Shown: piece after piece, positions 12,401 through 25,860 of the stretch | How positions within the stretch are numbered: position 1 is the first letter of the stretch | Layout of the letters: each line of letters starts with the position of its first letter | NCBI GenBank assembly: GCA_002189035.1 | Contig: NEEC01000004.1 | Coordinates: forward strand, 4,898,001-4,962,000 | Reading direction: 5' to 3' | Length of the DNA: 64,000 bases | Origin: Utricularia gibba | Taxonomy: Eukaryota > Plantae > Magnoliophyta | Translations under genes and position numbers: made by a program | The notes under the pieces: generated by a model | Seen by the model: only the letters and a program-made list of their open reading frames with translations | What the model was told of the DNA's origin: nothing | Databases searched by the model: none

Positions 12401-14292
12401 TTAGTATCAAATAATGCAATTACTAGGGCATACTGACCACAATAGCATTTGAAAAATCTTTGTGTGCATCATCAAGTTTCAAAGCTATTTTTGAGATCCT
12501 ATGCGAAAGAAGTTTTTGACGAGTGGTCCAGTCGGCATTTCTCCAGATACTCTTAGGAATCTCAGCCAAGCCAAAACCAAGAAGAAACACTCCAGTCACG
12601 AGTCCAAATGTGTTTGAGCAAGCCATCGCCCATCCCAGTACACCTCTACCACCAATCCTATATGTCAAAATGAATAATATGAAGCTTTCTAGAATCAGAC
12701 AAGGTGTACATCCCAAATCAAGAAAGGAAAATCATGAATCAAAACCTATATGTTGTGAGAAAAAGAAACCCTGAATAACTAGGTGAGAGCGAAGAGGAAA
12801 TCTCATAATACCCAATATAAAAAATTAACGAGTTCAGATCCCCAGTACAAACAATTGTTATGCCAAAAAACATATAATAATTCCACCAAGAAACAGCAAA
12901 ACGCATAGGAATCGAAATCATTAGGAGCCTAAATGAAAAAGGAAACTCCATCACGCTAAGAAGTATACAAAAGTCAAAGAATAAAAACACTGACCAATTC
13001 CTGTGCAAAGTGATGATGAGAATAAGTCCGAAAAGACCAATAGATCCCACAATTAAATAGAACACTAAGTTTACACGTATGCTAGTTTTCAATCTCTCTA
13101 CCATAGTGAAGTCACCAGCATCTTCATAGCCCTGTATTAGGGGAACAGTAAGCCTGCAAAGAAAGAATCTGCGGGTGACAATCTAAATGAATGAAGTTTT
13201 ACCTAAACACGTAGTTATAGCATATCATTTCATAAGAAAACAGAAAGGTCACGAAAAAAAGAGGATAAAACACCATGGATCCTATTTTTCTCTATAAAAA
13301 TACGTGAAGTCTATTTAGGGTATGAATAGCTGTAAAACATGTCTAGTGAGTCATGACCAATTCATGATCCACCGACACTGCAAGAATAAAACCCATTCTT
13401 TAAAACAATGCTATTCCACCTAAAGTCAGCTCTTGAGATTTAAAACACCCTGAAATTTATAAGCAAGAACTCAATCTTTTGGAAGGGATCCTCATTTTTG
13501 TACACTGATTGACTTTATAGACTAAATTCAGCAACGTAAAACAATCTTGCAACCATACCATGTAAGTAGAAAGGTACTCCAGTAAGACCAACTCCAAAAG
13601 AATGAAAGGCCACCATTGTCCCGACCAAGTATGGTCTGCATACCAGGCAATAAGGTCATGCAATTAGATTCTGCAGTCTTAAAAATTAGAATACTTTTTT
13701 TCTTGAAATGGAAATCACTTGCAGCATAATTGAAGATAAAGATTCTTCGATCATCAAGATATGACAGACTAAACTCATACACGTCAAACAATGTCCCAAA
13801 GCAAACCACAATAAATCAACCGTGCGTGTGATGAATTCTCAAGCTATTACATATAAAAGCACAAAACTTCGTTGCCGAACATAGCCATCACATTACGACT
13901 GCGACATAAAAAATGTCCACTATACTCCACTACATTTCCTGGGGGTAACGCCTTCAGTCTTCGGGAAAACTCCGCCGTGATTATTTGCATTCAAAGAATG
14001 CTAGATCTAAACGAGTTACACTGTGACCATATCAAACAGAGAACTTGCCCATCCCAACGTCATCAGACAAATCTATAAAACCACGTAATCCGAAGACAAA
14101 AAAAAAAAAAAGAACAGGAATTACCATCCAAATGTCAGCTGGGACGAGAATGATGATCGCAATCGAACAAAACCAAGTGTATCCAACCGTGAACAACACA
14201 TATCGCGGTACGTGTGGCCCAGAGAAGTACTTCAGGGTCAAAGCAACCATACCTAGGGTTAACGGAAGCGAAATCAAGTAAAATACCCACAT
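9425..14292 (-). CDS. LMBR1 domain-containing membrane protein (LMBRD2-like), multi-exon
   Basis: MWVFYLISLPLTLGMVALTLKYFSGPHVPRYV..LVPADIW, MACSNTFGLVTG..GLAEIPKSIWRNADW, MVARYAPPISYNFLNLI, MGNID.AVPFFG.GFNRIYPLIMVIYT, C-terminal ESLDEIFQRL. Confidence 0.92.
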
Positions 14293-15255
14293 CTTCAGAA
14301 CTTCAGATCCCCCAAAAGGAATTATTCCAGGAATAATCGATCAATCAGGCATGCGATCTCTTCGTCTCCCAATTTCACTTTTCCCACGACTTCGATTCAG
14401 ATTTTTAATGGCAAATCCCTCCAGGGCTGCAACCTCCCCCCACAAGAATATACCGTCGGAGCTGCCACCTAGCTCCGCCTTCAGAACTCCAATGGCAGCT
14501 ATTGGACTTTTTGCCCTCGTCAATTAATACATAAAATAAAATTATTTAAATATAATTATGAGCCTAATCGGAGGCCCATAAAGTTAACTGTTCGTTGATT
14601 GGGCTAGAGATCCATTTGAACGATAAAAAAAGCCCAGATATATTGAATTAAATTTAGACTGTTTGAAATGGAGAATTTAAATACAATGAGAAATATTCTA
14701 ATAAAAATATATAAATTAGATAATAATAAATAAAATGAGAAATATGTTTTGAATGTTTCCTTTCTACGGAAAAATAATTATACTATTACTATTTTTTAGT
14801 GTAAATAATAATAAAAAAAGAAAATTAAATCCTAAAGCATGTTGGAGGAATGTCACGATAACAAATTTGTAAACTATATTTTGAATGAGTGATAAAATTG
14901 GATCGTATATATAAATTTTTGGTCGTAATCTGTAAAAGATAAGTAAAGCAATCAGCTTTCTAAAAGTCAAGATATCAAATCTTCAATTTAATTTTTTTAT
15001 AATTTTAATTTTAATTAATAAATATAAGATTTTGATATATTTATTAATATTTTTCTAAAGTTCAAGTGTCATAACAGAAACCCGAATGGTTCAACTTTAT
15101 CATGCGAAACACCCAAATGAAATGGGGCAAAAATGAAAAGTCAGGTCACCCGAGAGGTGGAATTGTTCTGTAAGCTGCTATTCGTTGAAAAGGAAGGGTA
15201 TGCAGAATGCAAGGATGACCTTGGACACTCTGAACTGAACCGCAACAGATGGCCC

Positions 15256-16475
15256 CTACTCATGGCCAGACTTGGGTGCTTCTTTGATCTCCTCAGTGTT
15301 ATCATCCTACGGAAGATACACACAAAGCACAACATGATCCGAGAATCTTTGGCAGGTCTGCTTCATGAAATCTATGCAGTGAAGATACCTGAATATCCGA
15401 ATTCCAGAGAGTGAGGTTGTCTCTGAGAAGCTGCATGATGAGAGTGCTATCCTTGTATGATTCCTCTCCGAGGGTGTCCAGCTCGGAGATAGCTTCATCG
15501 AAAGCCTTTGAGAATTGGAAAACTTGGTTAGGCACACTTCAATGGTTCCCAGATTTTATGAACAAATGGATGGATTAAGGGTTCAGCTAACCTGCTTGGC
15601 AAGACTGCATGCACGGTCAGGAGAGTTCAGAATCTCATAGTAAAAGACTGAGAAGTTCAGCGCCAGGCCGAGGCGGACGGGATGAGTTGGGGCTAACTCC
15701 GCAGCAGCAATGTCCTGCAACCAGAGGATCAAGATTACAGTAGAATGAAGGCTAAACATGGGTAGCTGTTCCAAAAAAACGAAGGAGAAAGATTAAAGTG
15801 AAATAGCTACTGCATTCAGATGTTAAACTAGGAAAAATATCAGATGGAAGGAAGGTCTAGAACGCAAATGTTCCAGCGAGAAAGGGATTTACCGTAAACA
15901 AACAGGAAAACAGATTATGCAGACTACATCATCTATGAAATTGAGAGATCGGATCCAAAAAGGTATATTATCACATAGAGAAATTGATAGAAAAGAACCT
16001 GAGCGGACTTGTAAGCCGCAAGAGTCTTCTCAGCGGCATCCTTACGCTCTGCATCAATCTTGAACTCCGCCAGGTAGCGATGATAATCTCCCTTCATTTT
16101 CAGATAAAAAACCTTCGATTCACCGCTGGCCGCAGATTCAATCAGTTTCGAATCAAGAAGTTCGAGAATGCCATCGCAAATGGAGGATAACTCAGATTCG
16201 ATCTTAGATCTATAGCTCTTGATGGACGAAACGTGTTTATCGTTTCCGCGATTCTCCTCCTTCTGCTCAACCGAAGAAATGATCCTCCACGAAGCGCGCT
16301 TAGCGCCAATAAGATTCTTGTAGGCGACCGAAAGTAGGTTCCGCTCTTCGACGGAAAGCTCGTCGCCGCCAGCAGCTCCCACGACCTTCTCCATAAACGC
16401 CACCATTTCCTCATAACGCTCTGCTTGCTCGGATAGCTTTGCCATGTACACGTACTCTTCACGGGGAGAAGCCAT
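15256..16475 (-). CDS. GRF: 14-3-3 protein, non-epsilon group, 4 exons
   Basis: [37 protein letters not shown] | [30 protein letters not shown] | [34 protein letters not shown] | [16 protein letters not shown] (last exon 15306-15256). Confidence 0.97.
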
Positions 16476-16619
16476 TCCGATTTGCCAAGAGAAACTACCG
16501 TTCCGAGAAAGAAAGAGAGAACTCCTGCGGAGGAGTCGGTTTCAAATTCCCACTTTCAGGAAACGCTTCTTTTCCGCTACGCTCATGCTTCATGACGTCA
16601 CAGGCCAGTGAGATCAAAC

Positions 16620-16710
16620 CAGTGCTGGGCCCAGTTTCCACAAGCCTGGCTTATATGGGCTAGAGAATAAGGCCCATAATCTCTAACACTACCGCACTTA
16701 GCCCATAATT
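16620..16710. promoter_or_regulatory. Site II (TGGGCY) cluster upstream of the 14-3-3 gene
   Basis: tgggcccag, tgggct, ggcccata and agcccata within 90 bp, plus TGACGTCA at ~16592. Similar clusters lie upstream of GEM (~5925-5990), LMBR1 (~14570-14640) and the 42912 gene (~42790-42845). Confidence 0.5.
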
Positions 16711-17469
16711 GAAATCCATATCCAAATTCATAATTTATTAAATTCGAGTCAATAATTTTATAAAAAATCATAAAATTTAGATAATTATTTTTATTTAATT
16801 CTTTCAAATTAGAATTAAATAAGTAAAGAAATTCAAATTTTGGTATATGTCGCACCCATATTTTAAAAACGGGTTCAACCCATCATCCGATTCATTATTG
16901 ATTTTTTATAATAAATTAAATCGAATTGAACTCATTATAGTGCCTAAACCACAGGTTAATGTCATCAAGAATCTGATTCTTTAATGCAAAGTACAAAATA
17001 GAAAGCTTCCAAAATATTAAGTCAACCCTTTTGCACCGACAACATCAATAATCATACCTTAGGCGTCAATATCGAAGAACTACTTTGTTAAATTATAACA
17101 CTTTTACTTTTATAATTAAAAATTATGTGTTTTTTAAATATATTCTATAAATCAATATCAACTTAGTTTTGATCAACATAAAGAGGAAGATGCATGTCTT
17201 TCAAACCGGTCGAACCGGATCGAATGTAAGATAGCTGGTTCTTGTGTCGAACGCGCGAACCTGTTCGTGATGGTTTGTCGTTAAGAACGATGACTGGGTA
17301 GCCGACATGTCATTGCTATAAGAAGGCTGTGCATGTTCATTTCTCTGGATATACAATCGTCCGGCGTGCACGCGATTTGGGTATCGCTCGCTCTGTATTC
17401 ATCATGCTCGGGTTGATGCTTCAGTCATGAATCCTTCTGGTTAAGTTATTCTTGTGGTGGTGGTTAAGA

Positions 17470-19855
17470 ATGGAGCTTGAAAGGTATGGTGGGAGAAAGA
17501 ACGCTTCTGGTGTGTATCTCACGTGGAGGGACTTGTGGGTGACAGTGCCCGTGAAGAAGGCGGGGAAGGTCGCCGTGGAAGAGGAAGGGCGGCGGCGGTC
17601 GTTACTGCATGGAGTTACCGGCTACGCCGAGCCGGGAGAGGTGGTGGCCATCATGGGGCCGTCGGGTTGTGGCAAGTCGACACTTCTAGATACGTTAGCA
17701 GGTCAGTTGATGAAATGCTTTCTGCAGAAACTCCAGAATGGAAAACATAAGTTCTTAGTATGCAGGGCGATTGCGCTCAAACACGAATCAAACTGGAGAT
17801 ATCCTCATCAACGGCAAGAATCAAGCTCTCGCTTATGGAACTTCTGTAAGAAAAATCTGAATCTGTTTGTTTAAAAGAAGGGAGAAAAATTCATTTCTCG
17901 TTTGCCACATGAAGGCTTATGTGACACAAGAGGACACCCTAATGGCGACCCTCACTGTACGGGAAGCCGTCTACTACTCAGCTCTTCTGCAGCTCCCCAA
18001 AACCATGTCCAAGTCGGAGAAAAAGGAGCGGGCGGAGGAGACGATCAGGGAGATGGGTCTAAGCAGCGCGATAGACACGAAGATAGGAGGATGGAACGTG
18101 AAGGGGCTAAGTGGCGGCCAAAAGAGAAGAGTCAGCATCTGCATTGAGATCTTGACAAGGCCGAAGCTCCTGTTTCTCGACGAACCCACGAGCGGTTTAG
18201 ACAGCGCGGCTTCCTACCATGTCATGAGACGAATCACCGAGCTCGCCAGACAGGAAAGAACGACCGTACTCTTCTCGATTCATCAGCCAAGTGGAGATGT
18301 TTTCCAGCTTTTTAGCAGTCTTTGCCTCTTGTCTGCAGGGAAGACCATTTATTTTGGACCTGCTTCTGCAACAAATGAGGTCAGATTTCGAATCTGTTCA
18401 CAAGATTCAGCAACATTTATATGCTGATGGGATTTTCTTACCCTTGCGGTTCAGTTCTTTGGTTCAAGTGGCTTCCCTTGCCCTTCCTTGACGAACCCAT
18501 CGGATCACTTCCTCAAAACCATCAACAAAGATTTTGATGCGGTGAGCAGGAAGGTGATTCACTCCCCATTTTAGTTTCTACTCTCTAACATGTAGTATCC
18601 TCGTACCTTAGGACATCGAACAAGGATTAGGAAAGATAACCGCCGACGAAGCCATCAAGATTCTCGCAGAGGCGTACGAATGTTCAGAAGCCTATGAACA
18701 AGCAAAGAGACGAGTAGAGGCCATATGCGCAGAGGTATAACTAACATGTGCAGCAAGAGCTATGGTTACCTTTCTAAGATTGCATCCATCCCCATTGCAG
18801 AACGAAGAAGCGGCGTTGAGTTTGGAAGGGAGCCAAGCGGGATTCTTCCAGCAAGCCATTGTCTTGACCAAGAGATCCTTCGTTAACATGTACCGTGATC
18901 TGGGCTACTACTGGCTGCGTCTCGGTGTCTACATAGCTCTCTGCATATGCCTGGGAACAGTTTTCTACAACTTGGGAGACAGCTATTCCTCCATCAAGGT
19001 CTCTTTCTGATCCAAACCTTGTCTGTTTTCCCACACGGTTTTAAGCTGTAACATCATGCCATTCTCTCCGATGCAGTCTCGACAGTCGCTGCTGCTGTTC
19101 GTGTCAGGATTCCTAACTTTCATGGCGATCGGAGGGTTCCCGTCTTTCGTAGAGGAGTTGAAGGTATAATCTCAAAAAGGGTACCTTTTCTGAGCTAGAG
19201 ACGGCAGAGTTCACTGATGCTTCTCCACTTGATGCAGATATTCAAGCGGGAAAGACTTAATGGGCATTACAGTGTGATGTCGTACGTCATCGGGAACACA
19301 GTTTCTTCCACACCATACATACTGCTGAACACCATCATCCCTGCCACAATAGCTTATTATCTGGCTGGTCTGCAACAGAGCATAGACCACTTCGCCTACT
19401 ACACGCTGGTTCTCTTCTCATGTCTGATGCTTGTGGAGAGTCTGATGATGATCGTCGCTGTGATCGTGCCCAACTTCCTGATGGGCATCATCATAGGTGC
19501 CGGAATTCAAGGCATAATGCTGCTCATCGGCGGTTACTTCTGCTTCCCAGATGATATCCCAAAGCCTGTGTGGAAGTACCCTGTTTTCTACATAGCTTTC
19601 CACACACATGCTAATCAAGGGTTACTGAAGAATGAGTTCAAGGGATTGGTTTTCCCTGACAATACGCCTGGAGGGCCTTCAACAATCAGTGGTGATGAGA
19701 TATTAAGAAGCATTTGGCAAGTGAACAAATACTCCAAGTGGATTGATGCACTGGTGCTTCTTGGAATGGTGCTTACATACCGGCTTATCTTCTTCGGAAT
19801 CATCAAGCTCAACGAGAAGATTCGACCCCTTGTTCGAGAATGCTTGTTCTCATAG
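17470..19855 (+). CDS. ABCG: ABCG half-transporter (ABCG11/WBC-like), 8 exons, intact
   Basis: Walker [10 protein letters not shown], signature [26 protein letters not shown], and TMD exons [38 protein letters not shown]. All splice phases reconcile by hand. Confidence 0.95.
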
Positions 19856-20353
19856 AAACCTGCACTTGTAAGTTAGCATACAATGTCTTCAAACGCATGG
19901 AGTTATACTACAATTTCAATGATTAAGCAACATGATTTGTATTTGATAAGTTACCACACAATGTTTGTAAAAACATGTATTGCACTCAAACAAAAATCCC
20001 AACTCCCATAAGACAGGGGTATAACATAATTTGTCTTCGAAGAGAACTAAAACGACAGAGCATTAAGCAGTGTCCTGAGTTCAAAATACGGTATGATTGA
20101 CACAGTTACAGGGCATTGATACAACTAGTTAAATATGTATAATAGAATAGAAGGGTGCCTTCATCACCTTCTACACAAGATTTCGTCAATATTATCTTCA
20201 AAAAAAAGAAATTTTCAAATGTTCAATGCAGATGAAAGAATACTTGGATAATCAATGAGCACATACAAAATGTTAAGAAAGAGAACCGCCTCCTACAAGC
20301 GCATTTTATTATGCAGAGCATACACATACTAATCAATGTCCTTGTGCTGCATT

Positions 20354-21649
20354 TTACTGCTTCCAAACACCAAACTCCAATGAACAATAAAAGTCTCCCA
20401 ACTTATTAGTGCCATCTTCATCGAGGTAACATGCACCCAGTTCCTTGAGAAAATCTCCATCACATCCAGTAAGACGATCCTCATAGAGATAACCATCGTA
20501 TATCATACCTTCGGTATAATAATCATAATCCACAGCATGTGTAATAATCATAATCCAAGTCATCAGTGTGATAATCATCATATTCCGAGTCATAAGTAAA
20601 AAATTCTTTTCTACCATGACCCAAAACCTTCACCTTCGGGAATTGCCTCTGCAATTCTACTTCATCCACATCAAAGGAATCTGTAATGTCTAGATACTCA
20701 AGATGCTGGCAATGATGTCTGATGGCTTGAAAAGCAGCAGCTTCTACGCAGGTATAGGACAAGTCTAAAGATGTGATGTTAGAAAGCATTGGCGCCATTT
20801 CAATCATCTCATTGTTTGAAATATGTCCTTCTAGCCGAAAAGTTTGGAGGGCATGAACACTGGAAAACAACAGAATACGAATTGGAATGGCAGCAATAAT
20901 GTAATCCCAATCATGAAATGAAAATACAGAAAATACAAGTAACGGAGATATGCCACCATAAAAAAAGGAAAAAGAAACATGTCATGATATCAAAATATAA
21001 ATAATATCAATAATATAAGAAGATTGAATTATAATGTAATACAGAAAATGTAGAATCACGCGTATAAACTAACCTGAAGAAGCAAAGTACGGAATCACTA
21101 AAATTTCCATGCAAACAGCAATCTTTAGATCACAAGATCATATTCACAATTACTTAAATCTTCGCTAAAACTATAAAATACGAGGTGTACAACATACTGT
21201 TTTTAAAACCAAACCAGATGAAACTTCTCAAACGTGTCTTCTGTTATTGAATAAATTCCCAGTTTTCTCACATTAGTGAGCTACACGAATGGAACAGTTA
21301 TAAAAAGCCAAGCCAAAAAAGAAGTGGACGTAATGTAATTCACTTACTGCTGTCCAATCAATATAATGCTTTCACTAGAGAGACTGCCATAAATACTGAG
21401 TTCTTGGAGCGAGCCGCAACTTCTAGGAAGGAGTAATTGAAGCATACGGTGTTTTTCTTCTCGATTCAAATAGCAATCCCGTAAGTCTATATGCTGCCAA
21501 CAATAAGGACCCATGACCACTCTTTGCCATGATTTGCAAACCGCTGGGATTGTAGTAAGCATCGCAAAAAGTGAGAGCTTCTTGAATATTACGCCAAGTA
21601 GATCTGGGATTAAATCATCCCAATTCCCAGAATCGCTCGTCGCGTCCAT
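20354..21649 (-). CDS. FBW2-like F-box/LRR protein, copy 1 (LRR-deleted type; frameshift in acidic tail near 20540; own promoter missing)
   Basis: WDDLIPDLLGVIFKKL..PAVCKSWQRVVMGPYCWQHIDL F-box. Exon 2 LQTFRL..ITSLDLSY..HLEYLDI..FPKVKVLG followed by a D/Y-rich tail split over two frames. Confidence 0.85.
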
Positions 21650-21974
21650 CAATCTCCCCCACTCTCCACCTGCAAAATAAAAATGCACATGATGTTATAC
21701 AAGAAAAAAAGTTGTCCCACATCTTCCTATTCGTGATAAATATACATTCCGTAATAAATATTTCCATTCGATCCATTACATACCAAAAAGGAAATAGAAA
21801 CATACCATGGCATCAATCTGAAAACAATATCAAAAGTAATAAGAATACTGAATTATAATGTGTAAAGGAGATGCACGATAACGAGTATAGAATAATCTGA
21901 GGAAATAGAGTACGGAATCACTAAAATTCCAGAATTATGCAAATAGCAATCTAAAGATCACATGATGATGTTCA

Positions 21975-22372
21975 TGTTGTAAATTGAACATGAATAAGAA
22001 GAAAAATATCAAAATCGTAAAACGTTGTTTTAAGTATTTCAATTTTCTATAATTCAAGAGCCTCTTCGAAAATTGCATCTTGATCTCAAAAATTAATCGA
22101 ATATATACGTAAATCGTAAACTCTAATAGACTCGAGATAAAACAAACAAAACATGGGTTGAGACCGCAAACGTGTTTTGGGGTGGTTACACCCCCTGCGC
22201 ATTCGGGGCCTCAATAAGTACAATACAATTTAATAAATTAGAATTCTGAATGCATGTGAAATACAGAGGTACATTAAAAATATTGAATTGACGTCACATA
22301 TAAATTAATTGAAATACCTTTCAACTAACAATGTGGGATTGACAACCTTTTCTCCAATACCTTATTCCAACA
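21975..22372 (-). mobile_element. Solo LTR (Copia-like), 398 bp, in intron of F-box copy 2
   Basis: Termini TGTTG...CAACA with flanks GTTCA/ATTCA (5-bp TSD, one mismatch). Removing it restores the intron sequence seen in copies 1 and 3. Contains a TCCCACATTG motif; orientation is inferred from that motif. Confidence 0.75.
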
Positions 22373-22569
22373 ATTCATACATGATTAAGTCTTCTTTAAA
22401 ACAATAAAATGCATGCTGTGCAACATGTTGTTGTGAGAACCAAAGGAACTTCTCAAAAATGTCTTCTGTTATTGAATACCTTGCCAGTCTTCTCACATTA
22501 GTAAGCAACACGAATGGAACAGTTATAAAAAACCAAGCAAAAAGAAGAAATGGATTCAACGTAAATTAC

Positions 22570-22993
22570 TTACTGCTTTCCAATTAATATAATGCTTTCA
22601 TCAGAGAGATTGCCATAAATACTCAGCTCTTGGAGCGTGCCGCAACTTATGGGAAGGAGTATTTGAAGCATATGACAGTTTTGTTCTCGAGTAAAATAAC
22701 AACCCCGTAAGTCTATATGCTGCCAACAATGAGGACCCATGACCACCCTTTGCCATGACTTGCAAACCGCTGGGACTGTAGTAAGCAACTCACAAAGTGA
22801 GAGCTTCTGGAATGTTACGCTAAAGTACATCTAGGCAGTGTTTTAAAATAATGGGTTCGACCTGATTAGATTCGAACTCGTATTTTAATGTGTTGTATCT
22901 AATTCAATTCTTTTATTTTCATTTTTAAAAAATTTTTTAATGTATATTTTAGAAAAATGATTAATAGCAAATATAATAAATATAATAAATATT

Positions 22994-23044
<51 letters not shown>

Positions 23045-23406
23045 TATATTGATTAAATCTTAATAATTATATTTTTATATATGTATTTATATTAATAGTA
23101 AAAAATATTCATCTATAGTTGGATTATATATTATTTGAATTAAGATATTGAAAGATTAAAATAATTTAATGTAATAATATCAATTATTTATGTATATATA
23201 TTTAATTTTCTATACTTTCAATATTTTGATACATTAAAATATAATTTTATAATCATATTTAAATATTTTAATAAATATAATTAAAATTTAATGAACTCGG
23301 TTCAACCCATATTAAAAAATGTTCAATCCAAAAATATAACAAAATGGTTCAATGAGTTTAACCGGATTAAATCATCCCACTTCCGGGAATCGCTCGTCAC
23401 GTCCAT
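22570..23406 (-). pseudogene. FBW2-like copy 2: F-box exon interrupted by insertion, frameshifted, exon 2 deleted
   Basis: ATG at 23406 (MDVTSDSRKWDDLI), then a ~530-bp insertion, then a +1 frameshift (ctt tag cgt) before TFQKLSLCELLTTVPAVCKSW. No second coding exon downstream. Confidence 0.88.
22834..23363. mobile_element. AT-rich MITE-like insertion with internal (AT)~21 tract
   Basis: Interrupts the conserved catct-ggattaaatc of the F-box exon. Begins cagtgttttaaaa; imperfect inverted motifs atgggttcgacc (22851) and ggttcaacccat (23299); AT run 22996-23038. No clean TSD, boundaries approximate. Confidence 0.6.
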
Positions 23407-24647
23407 CGATCTCCACCACTCTCCACCTGCAAAATGGAAATGCACTAAACATTATACAAGGAAAAAACTTGTCCCTGACTCCCTCATCTTCCTATTCGTG
23501 ATAAATATCCATTCCGTACCAGATACTCCTATTCGATCGATAACCATCAATCAACAAAATAAAACGAAGCATAAAAAAATAGAGGAAACGACGCAAAACC
23601 TCGATCCCAAACCCAGCCAAAGATTATACCTCAAGTGAACCAGATAAATGAAGATCGCAGTACCGGAAAAGAGTCCATGATCTAGTCTACCTCAAGGTTT
23701 CTTAAATACAACACAAAATTAAAAACAGAGCAACTGAAGGGTCGGCACACCAACGGTCTTTTCCTCGACTCGGAGTTTGACCTCCCCATCAAAAAATCCC
23801 ATTTAATAGTAATTTACTATTTCAAAAAAAAAAATATTGCAAAAAATCAACCAATATTTAACCCTAAACCAAAATATAAAAGATTATAAAAAACGATCAA
23901 CTTTGGTGTGCTTCAATTTTTTTAGAAGCAGCACGATAGATAACGGTAGGCAACAAGATTTGTGTGAGAAGAAAATATAATAAAAAAGAATCAACCAATA
24001 TTCCAAAGTTGAAAATAGGATACCATATGGAGAGTGACAGGGGATTGGGATGAATTTGAAAAGTAATCATCTTATTATTACTGTATGTGAAAAGTAATCA
24101 TTTTAAGTATAAAACTTTGATCTCAAAGAAAATATCAAAATGATTATTTTTCTAAATATATCCAAGGGATTGGTACAATGAATTAAATGTGTGATAGAAA
24201 TGTTTTTTTTTATCAGCTTTTATACAATATAAAAAAATTCTATAAGAAAGAGAGTCTCTTTCTACAGATTCACTCCATTCTTTTAAAGTATCTTTATTCA
24301 TTTATGTAAATGATGATATGATATTTTCAAAAATTGAATTATTAAATTTAATTTATTAAGTTTTCGTTAAGTTTGTATTCATTTATATAAATCATAATAT
24401 TAAAATAATATTTTAAATAATATTTTAAACAATTTTCTTAAGAAAATTAGATTTTTTCATTTCCGTTTACAAAAAAAAAAATGATAAAAAAATTACTCAT
24501 TTCCAAAAATATTTACCCATTTCCAAAAATACCATATCAATATTTTTGAAAATGAATAAAGATGCTCTTATGAAGAGCATACACATAATAATTCTGGGGA
24601 TACATTATCCTTATGCTGCATTTTAATGCTTCTAAACAACTAACACT

Positions 24648-25860
24648 TCAATAACAATCAAAGTCTCGAAACTCATTGGGGTCATCTTCGTCTTCAATGT
24701 AACATGCGCGGAATCTCCTGAAAAGATCTCCATCATCCAGTACGTATGTTGAATCATACTCGTAATCATCATAATCAAAGTCATCGGCATAATAATCATG
24801 ATCATCGTATTCCGAGGCAGGAGAAAAACATTCTTGTTTTTCACCAGGCCCCACAATCTTGACATTCGGAAATTGCTTCTGCAGCTCTTCATCATCCACA
24901 ACAAAGCAACCTGTAATATTTAGATGCTCAAGGCGCTGGAAATGACGACTGATGGCTTGAAAAGCAGCAGGTCCTATGCTGGTATAGGACAAGTCTAAAG
25001 TCGTTATGTTAGAAAGCATTGGCGCCAGCATTTCAATCATCTCATCTTCTACAAAGCATCTTAGCATCCGCAACGTTTGGAGGGCCTGAGCACTGGCAAA
25101 CAACAGAATACAAATTTGGTTAGCAGCAATAATGTAATCCCAATGATGGAATGACATTGAATACATGCAAAGGAGATACGGCATCATAAAGAAAAAGGAA
25201 ACATGCCATGACATCAATATGTAAACAATATCGAAAATATAAGAAGATTGAATTGTAATGTAAACATGTGATCACGAGTATAAACTAAACTGAAGAAGCA
25301 GAGTATGAATCACAAAAATTTTCAACTTATGCAAACAGTAATCATTAGGTCACATGATCAAATCCATAATTGATTAACTCTTCTCTAAAACTATAAAATG
25401 CATGCTGTGCAACATGTCATTAGAAACCAATGAAACATCTCAAAAGCATCTTCTGTTATTGAATGAATTGCCAGTCATCTCACATTAGTAGCAACACGAA
25501 TGGAACAGTTATAAAAAGCCAAGCAAAAAGAGAAATCAATTTAATAAAATTTACTTACTGCTTTCGAATTAATATAATGCTTTCATCAGAGAGATCGCCA
25601 GAGATACTGAGCTCTTGGACCGAGCCGCAACTTCTCGGAAGGAGTATTTTAAGAATATGGTCCATTTGTTCTGGAGGAAAATAATAATCCCGTAAGTCTA
25701 TGTGCTGCCAACAATGAGGACCCATGACCACTCTTTGCCAAGACTTGCAAACCGCTGGGACAGTAGTAAGCAACTCACAAAGTGAGAGCTTCTTGAATAT
25801 TACTCCAAGTGCATCTGGGATTAAATCATCCCAATCCCGAGAATCGCTCGTGAAGTCCAT
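24648..25860 (-). CDS. FBW2-like F-box/LRR protein, copy 3 (LRR-deleted type, intact)
   Basis: Exon 1 25860-25560 carries the F-box. Exon 2 25092-24648 reads AQALQTLRM..ITTLDLSY..RLEHLNITGC..FPNVKIVGP plus acidic tail. 5'UTR exon and intron upstream (donor at 26173). Confidence 0.9.
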
